Assembly (NCBI GenBank): GCA_043228905.1
Contig: JBHGNT010000014.1
Span: 20,646,001 to 20,710,000 of the forward strand
Direction: 5' to 3'
DNA from: Azolla caroliniana
Lineage: Eukaryota; Plantae; Polypodiophyta
DNA length: 64,000 nt
Positions 11,087 to 22,298 of the stretch are shown here, piece after piece. The notes beneath the pieces are model-generated. The model was given only the letters and a program-made list of their open reading frames with translations. It searched no databases and was not told the origin of the DNA. Each line of letters starts with the position of its first letter. Position 1 is the stretch's first letter. The position numbers and the translations under genes were made by a program.

Positions 11087-14000
11087 TACTCCACATCATT
11101 CGACAAAGAGTTAGAGTCATCTGCATCTGATGAAGAGTTAGAATTGTCTTCATCCAAATGGGAGGAGGAAGAGGTCTATCCTTTCATGTACCGTTCGGCC
11201 AAGTATTTTGCATTCACAAGATGTACGTATGATTTGATGCTTAAAGATTTATTGGGTCAAGTTAAGGTAACATTTGAAACATTAAGCATGGTTGCAAAGG
11301 GCCCCTCTCAATCTTCATGCATGGAGGTGCATGAAGAGTCGTCTCATGCTTGGAAATGAGGGAGCAATCTAGCTTAAGGCATCGCCTAATCTTCAAATTA
11401 CTTACATAGAGAATTGGAGGGAGGTAGTATTGGTGTCACATGGTGGCGCATCACATCACCCATTGACGGGTACTTTGAAAGAGTTAAAGAGACATTGGGC
11501 CCATGATCTTCGTGACCATGGGATCCCTAGTGCGTATGTGAGAGCACTGGGTGATCGATGTGATTGTCAAGATGTGATTGACGGGTACTTTGAAAGAGTT
11601 AAAGAGACATTGGGCCCATGATCTTCGTGACCATGGGATCCCTAGAGCGTATGTGAGAGCACTGGGTGATCGATGTGATTGTCAAGTTGTGTCGAAGTCA
11701 ACTCCTGTCGACATGGGGGGACAAGTGTCATGAAATATAAGAAGTCTAGACCCATAGAGATGATCGAGATAGAGTCCCTTAAGGTAGATGATACAGTCGC
11801 AGATGTTCAATCAAAGTATCATACACGCTTCCGTAGAGGGGTGCAAATATGATTAGTAATAATTGTCATCGTGCTGGTGCGCCTGGACGGCAATATTCGT
11901 GCACTCGACATCGAAAGTCTTCATCTCGATGTGGGTGTACTTTCATGTGGATGTTCGAAGGAATGGCAGGGTTGACCATGGGACCATGACCATTTCAATA
12001 TATGGACCGCATAGTGGTCATATACCGGGAAGTAGACCAGATGTGTACGAATTTCCGGCACACCCAAATGTCATAAGTTGTTGCAAAGATGACCTTTTTG
12101 ATGTTGGATGTGCAAGGCATGTGGCACGGATGAGCATGTGTAAGGAAAAATATCATAAGTCCAAGGCTAGTCTATTAGACCTTGTTAGTTATAGGTTCTT
12201 TATGATACCAAAGGAGGTCCATAACATGACAAATAGGTTAAAAATTGGGAGTGCCATGTCAGAGGTTGATTGGTCTTTGATGATGCAAGATGCCTATGCA
12301 CTTCGAGATCTTGGGAAGGTGGCTCATGTCCAGCCTTACTTGCCTGGTGAATATGGATCTCTAGCAAGGCAACCATTTATCTAAGTGATTCAAGATCGAT
12401 GGATGTTAGAAATGTGTGAGCGATTGCCAATAAACAACTCATGGGCAATCGATTCCACATTTAAAACAAACCAATTTGGGTTGTCATTATATGCAGTTGT
12501 GCCCCCAAACGCCATGGGAATTGGTATCCATTATGGTACATGATATGTAGTTCTGACAAGAGATCAAACCATGAGCAAGTTGCATTAGAAACTTGCTTGA
12601 GAGTCATATTTGCAAGGATGCCGAATGTGAGGCCAAATGCAGTAGTCATCGATAAAAGTTGGATGTCATATAATGCCATAAGTAATGTGGTTGCAACAGA
12701 CCGTCAATGTTGGACTGTTGCAAATGGGCAAAGGTCGCAAACACATTGTCGACTTTTGTTGTGTCAGTTCCACGCCAAAAAAGCATGGATGGACCACTTG
12801 TTGCCAAAGGTAAGTGCAAATGAGAGAAATCATCTTTATCACCGGTTGTGCAAACTTTTGCAATGCATTACTAAATCCACATTAGTGCCCAATGTGAGAA
12901 CTTAAAGGTAGAATATGCTAACAAGCCAGGTGTTTGGCAATATATAGAAGGAGGATGGTGTGGCTTGACATGTGTGTGGAGGAAATTGAGTTTGGTAGAA
13001 TGTTCAACTACGGACATGTTGACACCACTAATATTGGTAGTTTATCAAATATACTGCCTTGGACGAAGAATAAACCGATCAATTACCAATCTTCTGCATG
13101 TTGTAAATGGGGATTGTGAAAAATCACTTGTGTTGGAGGGACCGGACTCATTGAATGGTATAAGCGACGACAAGAAATATGTGAGAATGGTATATTTTCA
13201 CCCCTTGCAAATTGTAGGGATCAAAGGTCAAGACTTAAAGAGGCTGAGGGGATACTTGAAAGGTATGAAACTAATATTGCAACAATGCATATTGTGGACG
13301 AGGCTCGATATTGGTTTAAAATTTTGAGCTTGACAACTCCCACTATATGGAATAATGTATCACTCCAGTGCTCATATTGTGATTGTCAAGACCTTGCGAG
13401 TAAATGTAAGCATATACTTGGCATTCAGATGATTATTGAGAGGCACATGCCACATCTATGTGGGTTGTTACCTTTTATAGATCACGCGACCCATATGCGC
13501 AGTGACCATTTCACATAAAAAGAAGTGGAGACTGAGGTAGAAGTAGTCGAGGAGACAATCCCTATAGCATCAAATATGGAGGAAAGGGAGTCAAAATTAC
13601 AAACGGTTGAGGCAATTATTCAATGTCTCAGGCAAGGGTTATGAACCCTCACCCGTGCAACAGTTTTGCATGTATGGAGTCCATTGAAGAAATGACCCAG
13701 ACTGAATGGTATTGCGTTGTTGCACCAAAACCAACCGATAAAGAAGATGGTGGATCCACAAGGCAGTCGCAAGCAATTGGTGCGAAGAGAAGAGCATCAA
13801 TTGACATTTCACAAGATCTTATTGGCAGCTACCCAAACACTTCCAAAACACACATCGGAAAAATGCAAAGAGGTGCAAGTCGAGCTAGGAGGCGATTGCC
13901 AATATGTGCGATAGAGAAGATTCGATGCTTGCATTGTGATGCCTTGACCTTTAGATCAGGGGACTCGAACGCTGATTGTTGCAAGAATTATGGTTGCATT

Positions 14001-14958
14001 TTGCCAACATCCCCAGATGAGCCATAAACATGGCTTTAGTGGTTGTTTAGGAACTTTAGTTAAGGATATTTAGTTTAGAGTCTACACAATTTTGATTGGC
14101 CGTTCAAAGCATTTTGTTTCAGGACAAATGCATTTAGGTTTATGAAACGAGTATGTTTTAAGTTGATTTATGTTGTAAGTTGTAAGTTTTATGTTTAAAG
14201 TTTATTTATTTATTTCAGGTCTAAGTTTGTATATTTCTTGAAGTTAAGTTTTATGTTTGGCAATGATTACTTGTTGTTAAGACTATGTTTTAAGTATGAT
14301 AAAGTTCGTCAAATGGGAAGTTTCAATGTTTTAGTTTTTGGCTATTGTATTTGTTATCTTAAGTTTTAAGTTTCAAGTTCTGAGTGAATTGAAGATTTTG
14401 GTGGAAATGATATATTTGGTTGGGCGACTTGCAACAATCAAGTTGGGCAACCTACAACGGTTGGGCGACCTCTAACAACTATTGTTTTCGCGGGTTTTCT
14501 CTTATCCATATCAAATGGTGCAGATTGCATGCGCCATCAGTTGAACGACCTGCACCGCCTGTGGTCATGATTCCCTCGCCGACCCCTATTTATGATTTGG
14601 TAGCATTTAGTTGCTTTCCGCATAGCTTGTTGGACTTCCCATTCAGATTGCTTACCTTTGCTTCGGGTGGTCACTTGATAGACACAAGCCTATGCAATGC
14701 AATGCGATACATTTGTATGAGATTGTGGTGAGAAGAAGCGTGGGCGTGGAGATAAAAAGTATGTTAATGTAATGCATTATGTACGTGTGGCGGTCCATAA
14801 ATGGAAATAAGAGAAAAATAGGCGAGTTAAGAAAATAAATTATACAAATATCATCCATCGTACATAATACATATACATATTTGTTTCTTCATCTTCAGCT
14901 CCAGCTTTGCTTCCATCATCATCTCTTCGATCGATCGATCGATCGATCATATCCAGAG

Positions 14959-17900
14959 ATGATCGATCAGGTGCTGCCTTCTCCTTCTGTAGATATTCTA
15001 TGCTCTCTATATGATTTCCCCTCCGCATCTCTATTCCATGTCAACAATAATGCGAAGAAGAAGAGCTCCCCCTCCTTCCCTCAGTTTCATACCGTGAACT
15101 GTTCTCAGCAGATTAGCGCTTACAGGAGGAAATTAGGGTTTCGTGCACAGGCTAAAGTATCAGAATTAGTTACTTCATCATCTCTGCCATGTTCCGTTTC
15201 TTCTTCTTCTTCTTCTTCTTCTTCTTCGAATTTGACTGTTGATAGCAGTAGGAGAACTGTGCTCCTTGCTGGTCTTTTGAGCTGTGTGGTGTCTCATTGT
15301 GGGAGTGCGATGGCTGTGAAACAGATCCTTCTTCCAGGAAGAGTTCCCGGACTCTCTCCACCTGATGAAAATGGTAACACCTTTGCTTTTGAGTTGCACT
15401 CTTTTGTAGTCTATGATTTGAATCTTTACCAGATTGATCGCTCGTGGAAATGTTTCTTTTTCCTGTTTTCTCTTTATGTTGAATCTATACTCGTTTTCAA
15501 GATCGCTTTTGCAAGCTTCGTGAAAATTGTAAGCTTCGTTTTCAAGATCGCTTTTGTTTTCTTTGTATGTTGAATCTCGATCAGGTAAACCTAGCATTTG
15601 CAAGAAGCCTTATTATGGTTGATGGCCCTGAAAATACTAAGCATACACATCAAGAAACTTTGTTGTCTTGGTCAAACATTTGTACGTCTTTTGAATGAAT
15701 CTCGACAAGATGAATCAAAATATAGTAAGTTTATAGTTCAAGAAACTTTTAATGTCCGTTTTGAGTCTGTATCAGATACAATTGGTTAGTGTACACTTCA
15801 AAAAGAACGTTCTTCTTTCTTATGTTGAATTGGCGGTCCTTCTTGAGATTTAAAGGGCAATCCAACATTTCAAAAACCTTGGTTGTCTCCATGTTGAAAA
15901 GCCAAGGAATTTCCTTATATTCATCAATAACTTCTCACATCTAGTAAGCTGAATATATCAAGACATTGTCGAGTCTCCACCTGATGACAGTGGTTGGTGT
16001 GTTTGTTCAAATTTTTTTGTTGTCTGTAGGTAGAGTGGAAATGGTAAGCTGGAATTTGAGACTGGCCTTTTGACTGTGGTCAGCAGAGGGATTGATTGAG
16101 AAATTAATGCAGCAGTTGAGTTGGCCATTAGTACAAGCAATTTGATGTATTGAAACAGAGGGAGTGATCCAGATATTAATGCAGCAGTTGAGTTAGCCAT
16201 TAGTACAAGCCATTGAATGTATTGACGCAGGGGGAGTGATTGAGAAGTTAATGCAGCACTTACAGTAGCCATTAGTACAAGCAATTCAACGTATTGAAAA
16301 AACCTTAGTTTTGAGAACTGAGATTACTTTTCACTTCAAGCCATTGACTTGTACTTGCAACTGTTTGCTGCCTAGGAATGCATTAGCTTGCTAGTCCAGT
16401 TATATCCCTTAGTTGTAATCGAGCTTCAACACTCAGCTTAGTACATGATCTCTGTCTCCTCAATTATGTATATTTGTTTCTGTGCAAGCTCTATTTTCTA
16501 TGCAAAGTTAGTAATATAAGATTTGTCGTTTCCTGACTGGTAAAAGTTTTTATACATGGAAGAAAATATGCCATCTTCATAAGCGATCAACCACTGTAAG
16601 AATACATCATAACCTTTGGAAGATGGGATATCTGTGATGAAATCCACGGAAATGGATTTCCATGGACCAACTAGAATGAACAAATCATATAGTCGATGTT
16701 CAGGAATCTTTGATCGACAACTTACATCACAAGTAGAAACATAGTCAGTCCATGACAAATGACGAACCTTAGGCCACAAGTAGTTTCGAGTAACTAGATC
16801 CAATGTTTTCACAACTCCGAAATGTCTCTTGTAGACCATCTGTTAGAGATGCTAATATATCATTCCGTTATTCTTATCTGTCTGAAAACTAACCTCTATG
16901 TGAACATAAGATCCCATAATGAGGATAATACATTTTCATCCATGAAAATGGTTTAATGTCCACCCCAAGAGAACACCATAATGGTTACAATAGAAAAGTC
17001 AGACATGTGTTCTATTGGTATGTATTTTGTCAAGAACATGCTTGCAATGTGAACTGTTATCGAGCTTGACTGCATGATACAGAAGTGTATTTAACATGTT
17101 TTTTCAACCAAATTTTTTGTGATGTGTATGCTTCATTTAGACCTAAGCTATTCGTGGTTTTTCCTTACATGTAGTTCCATGGCTTTTCAAAGAGGTAATT
17201 TCTATCTAAAAGCCAACTAACCCTTCATTAATTGCTTTTTAATGTCTTCACTAATGTCTTCTTAATCCAGTTATCATATTCAATGTTTTCTTAATCCAGT
17301 TATCATATTCAATGTTTTCTTAATCCAGTTATCATATTCAATATGGCTTTTCAAAGAGGTAATTTCTATCTAAAAGCCAACTAACCCTTCATTAATTGCT
17401 TTTTAATGTCTTCACTAATGTCTTCTTAATCCAGTTATCATATTCAATGTTTTCTTAATCCAGTTATCATATTCAATGTTTTCTTAATCCAGTTATCATA
17501 TTCAATCTCTTCTTAATCCAGTTATCATATTCAATCTCGTCTTAATCCAGTTATCATATTCAATCTCTTCTTAATCCAGTTATCATATTCAATCTCTTCT
17601 TAATCCAGTTATCATATTCAATCTCTTCTTAATCCAGTCATTATATTCAATCTCTTCTTAATCCAGTCATCGTATCCAACCCCGTCATTAATTCCTTCTT
17701 AATCTAGTTATCTTATCTGACCCTTCTGCAGTGTCTTCTTAATCGAGTTATCATATCCTACCCTTTATTTATTCCCCTTTTACATATTATTAGCACAAAC
17801 GAAGCTAAACATGGCATTATCATATACCTTATTCATTCTGTCTGAGTAAATAATAAGTGCATGCATTATCTAATCTTTTATTTCTCAGAATGTGGGTATA

Positions 17901-20243
17901 AATGAGTGCTCTAGCTGGTACCCTTTATAATTTAAAGGAAACATAAATCTACATTCCGGTAATGCTGTATGGTTTTACATTTTTTAATTGATTGATTTCA
18001 CACTTGTATGGTGATTGTATGTTTGTTTAATTTCTTAGGTCTTAGGACATATCGTAGACCAGAGGGTAAATCAGGTGGCCATGGAGTGGGCTGGAGTCCA
18101 ATCATTCCATATTCCTTTAAAGTTCCTGATGATTGGGAGGAGGTGAGCCATGCATACACATTATTTGGTGACACAGTATGGTAATGAATGATGTTTTTCT
18201 GCCCTACATGGTTAATTTTTTGTGGCCTTTGTGCTGAATTGAATAAATAAAATCGCATTTAATTTGAAGAATCTGTACATGAACAGTGTTACTTAAAGAT
18301 CGCACATATGAACCAGGCAGGACTGAAACGGATAGAAATTCCCATTTGTGACTGAAGTTATGTTAGTGAAATTCAGTATCTAAAATGAATTTATACGTTT
18401 AGAAATAAACTTGTACAGGTTTGATTTACATACTTGATGTATACAATATTATTGTGATGGCACTGCCACAGAATACTTTTTCTGTTTCAATCGGTTTATG
18501 GCCTGCAGAGATTTTATTGGATTTGTAAACAACTATTCTCTCTAAATTTTTGTGCATGCAACATCAAATTCTGAAAACTGTTTCTAAATGATAAATAAGA
18601 GAGCTATTTCTAAACAGACACTCACTTGCATACAAATTTCCGTTGACATATCATTAAAATTGTAGGTTCCAGTATCAATTGCTGATCTTGGCGGGACGGA
18701 AATTGATTTAAGATTTTCAAATCAGAAGGAAGGGAACTTGAGTGTTGTTGTGGCACCTGTTTTGAGATTTTCAAGTGGTAGATTCTCATTGATAACATGA
18801 TTTCTGATAGATGAAGTAGATAAAAAATGTGGAGTGTCATTGTTCATATTGAATGTGATTATTCCATTCAAGGAGACAAGCTATAGCAAGCAAAAGGTAT
18901 CATTTCGATTTTGAAAATTCTCCCAATTATTTTGACTGTAGTTCTTTGATGTAGATCTGGGAGATGATGCAACAATCGAGAAGGTTGGACCACCAGAGAA
19001 AGTCATAGATGCATTTGGCCCAGAACTTGTTGGTCAAAATGTAGAAGGCCAGGTTACGGATATGAAAGTTGTTGAATATGACGGGAGGACATATTACTTT
19101 TATGAATTAAAAGTGCCACATGTTCTTATTACCGCGACTGCTGCAGGAAGTAGGCTTTATTTGATGACTGTCAGTGGCAATGGTATGTCATTTCCTTTTC
19201 TTTTAAACCTTTTGTGGTCAGGATTTCACAATTTTAAAAGGGTCGGTTGCGTCCATGTTTTTTACTTTGGTCATGTTCTTATACATCTGTGATAGCATCA
19301 AGCATGTAGTTTCTTTGACTCCAAGGATGCATCGTACGAAAAGTTTATGCACCTTTTCAGTGATTCAATCTGAGAGGACATAGTAGATTTCTCCCCAAGA
19401 CACCATACCATAGAGTAAGAAGTGGATCACAACACATCGAAGTGGCTGAGCTTAGTTTGTCATCTAAATTTGGCTTGTAATTTTGTCACTGTAATAGATG
19501 GTGTCCACCCCAGTAACCTTCATAACATAGAATAAGAATTGAATCACCAACCTCATTGAGGTGGCTGAGCTTACTTGGCCATCTAATGTTGGCTAGTGAT
19601 TTTGTGATTGGAATATATGCCCTGGTTGTTGGCGGTAGTTTACACAATAGCATCAAAGTCGAATTGAGAGAACCCAGGTCCAATCCTAGGCATGGACTAG
19701 GCCCTGTCTCATAGATTGCAATTGGTCTCCCGTGGACTTAAAAAATTATCTATCAAAATATCTATCTATCCTCGTACTTGAGTTAATATACTATGACTGC
19801 ATCTTCGTGTTTGAAGCTTGGGCAAATAATGATCCTTGGCCGTGTTCCATCTCTCTCTGAGGTACCAAAAATAGCTTATGGTTGGCACTTGGCAGATGAT
19901 TTTTTATCAAAGCATGATGCGTCACTTATATTCCAAAATTACTTGGTACATCTTTGGATGTCAGTTGCCTTTCCAATGACCTTATTTACATTGATGGTCT
20001 CTTTGTCCATTTAGGAGACGTGTTTGTGAAGCCTATGCACCTGTGAATCATGTGCAAATGTTGAATTCTCTTATATATTGGCATCAGAACATTTTTAATC
20101 CCGAATTGCAATTTATAATAGTTACAAGAGTGACAATACTTTCTGTATTGAAATCTTGTTTATAAAACATTTTTGCAGCCAGACAATGGAAGAAATATGG
20201 GCCAGAATTGAAAGAAATAGCGGGATCCTTTCGGGTAGGCTGA
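14959..20243 (+). CDS. PPD4: PsbP-domain protein 4 (thylakoid lumen); exons 14959-15373, 18039-18142, 18666-18777, 18955-19182, 20179-20243
   Basis: The spliced product reads GRVPGLSPPDENG-LRTYRRPEGKSGGHGVGWSPIIPY-VPVSIADLGGTEIDLRF-AFGPELVG-PHVLITATAAGSRLY-QWK..SFRV, matching recalled Arabidopsis PPD4. It has an SRR twin-arginine signal, a hydrophobic stretch and an AMA cleavage site. All introns are GT-AG and phase-consistent. Confidence 0.9.
16083..16297 (+). repeat. About 63-bp tandem repeat, 3 copies, in PPD4 intron 1
   Basis: ATTAATGCAGCAGTTGAGTT.GCCATTAGTACAAGC recurs. Confidence 0.75.
16498..16840 (-). mobile_element. Ty3/gypsy integrase remnant in PPD4 intron 1
   Basis: HFGVVKTLDLVTRNYLWPK..YVSTCDVSC..PWKSISVDFITDIPSSKGYD (integrase Zn-binding region and start of the rve core). 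Confidence 0.8.
17179..17690 (+). repeat. 28-bp minisatellite (TTCTTAATCCAGTTATCATATTCAATCT) with a higher-order ~164-bp duplication
   Basis: Block ATGGCTTTTCAAAGAGG... occurs at 17179 and 17343, each followed by 28-bp units. About 12 units in total. Confidence 0.88.
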
Positions 20244-22298
20244 CCTGGCTATGTAAGCTGTATTTTTCTTATTGTTGCGTTACAATGGAAGAAATATGGG
20301 CCAGAAGTGGAGTTCCTTGCCTTTCAATGTATTATATCTGAAATTAAGAGGTTTTGTTTTATTTATAAAAGAAATTATACGAGTTATGCATTTTATCTTC
20401 TGCAATTTGTAAGGCCAGTTCATTCATCCATCAATTAATTTCTGATGCTCCAAAAAAGATGGCAATCATCTCAGAAATAAAGTTCTTATAATTTAGCATG
20501 GACATGTTCTCCGCTAATCATCACAGATTGGAACAGCAATAGATCTGCATTGGCAATGTTTAGAAAGGCTTTTTAAGAAAAACTAATTGCCCATCGCACA
20601 ATTCTTAGTGTTGGCACCAAATCAATCACAACCATTGCTTAGTTGATAGTCATCCATCAAAATACTTGAATTAGTATAAACTATTCATTTGATGAAATTG
20701 CCAATTGTCCATGTATAATATATGGTCACTCATGACGAGCTTGAAGACTTTAAATTAAGGTTGGTACTATATGGGTTTCCAAAGGGGTCAATCCTTTAAA
20801 TTAAGGTTGGTATGGACCAAAGAACAAGAGATGAGATTTTATGTTTCAGATATGGGTCAAAGAGATTTTTGGTTACGGTGTCTTGATGACAGAATATTGC
20901 CTTTAATGTTCATCAATTACACCTGGATGTGTTTTGGCTTATCAAAGACGTGGCTTCATGATGTTAACGAACTTTATCCCTATCCACGTAAATGCATTAC
21001 ATTAAGAAAATACTTTGAATTATCTCATATATCTATTTCTCAAAAGCAAAAATTCATAGAGCAACATTTTTTATTGATCATTGACAATAAGACAACAATG
21101 GAAAAATCTGTAAGAATCTTCATAACTTTGATCAGTGAAAATGAAACCTTCTATTAGGTTACTCATGGTTCTCTTTTCAAAGGCATTCCTCTACTCTCCC
21201 ATAAACATAGATTTTGACCAATCTCTCTTCTGTAACCCTTGCAAGCATACAAAGATGAGAATTGGTGTTCTACAGAAGCATTTACTTTTGTGTCATATGG
21301 AACAATTCGAGTTTGCCCAAATGTCAAACTCTAATCTAAAAGGCATAGGATCTTGACTTGTTACAATTTTGACTATATCTCCTCCATTTGGATCATTTTT
21401 TTACCCCGATGGTTAAATAGGTATTTTTTTATGGGTAATTTTTTGTATTTGGGTGCAGGGGGAATGTATGCGTCCAAAATCATTGCTATAACTCTTCAAT
21501 TGCTTCTTTTTCATGCTCTTCACCAACATCCAATCAATGACAGGCAGATTGATTGGGCACACTCGGACAGACTTCGCAAGTGATACATTAGTCGAATTCA
21601 AAGTGAATATGACCGCAAAAACGTTTGGGTTCACATTCATGTCATTTGGAACAGTCCAAGTTTGCCCAAATGTTTTATGCCAAAATTTTTGAGTATATTT
21701 GCTAGATTCTAAATGCAATGAGCACAAGGTAATCATAGAGTACGCCATCTAAATATTGGGGCCAATACAACCTCAGCACACATACAATAGTGATGCTTTA
21801 CAAAGGTAGGCTTGCCTTGCACAGTAAGGATAGAATAAAACTCAACCTTTCTCTAATTTCAATTGCCAAAATGAATGGCAACATTAGCTTCCCCATTGAG
21901 AAACTTAAGGAAAAACAGAACATTTATGGCGTATTTGCTAACATGATTACTATTTCACACACTGACAATTTTGGTATAACTCATGGCACCACCTAATTCT
22001 ACTAATGTTTAGTGAAAACTTTATTACCATCGGAAATACCTTTTGCTATAATAATAAATAGATTTTACAGATCACAAAATCTTCTCTCCTCATCATCGTG
22101 TGCAAATAAAAAATAATTAAAGCATACTTCTGTTAGGATTAGAAGAGATTATAATGGCACCATCCAAATCTCCGCCAATCAAACCTTGCATTATATACAG
22201 CCAATCTTGAATCTCGACCTGTGAATCTCACTTTTGATGACTTATTTCAGCTCTAGCTTTTGGCAGGGGCTGAAATGTAAGGTAATCCCACTCATAAA

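Larger units (their letters stand above)
5508..14027 (+). pseudogene. MULE transposase (DDE + SWIM zinc finger), interrupted by the copia insertion and by frameshifts and stops
   Basis: The N-terminus MMNPHDPDF..ASSYS continues in frame after the copia TSD as TSFDKELESS. Other motifs: AIDSTFKTNQFGLSLYA (~12445), VVIDKSW, LLCQFHAKKAW, DTTN, and SWIM CSYCDCQDLASKCKH (~13370-13413). Confidence 0.82.
1..14507 (+). mobile_element. Decayed Mutator-like (MULE) DNA transposon with transposase and Ulp1-domain accessory gene; left end probably just upstream of the window
   Basis: MULE transposase motifs (IDSTFKTN, VVIDKS, CQFHAKKAW, SWIM) and a Ulp1 motif lie on the same strand. Motif GGT(C/T)GCCCAACC occurs at 6-17 and inverted three times at 14418-14470. 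The candidate terminus ...GGTTTTCTCTTATCC ends at 14507. The boundaries are inferred and the TSD cannot be checked. Confidence 0.65.

Noticed and set aside
14881-15573. 230-aa single-exon ORF
   Set aside because: It is PPD4 exon 1 read from a TTG through the donor at 15374 into the intron.
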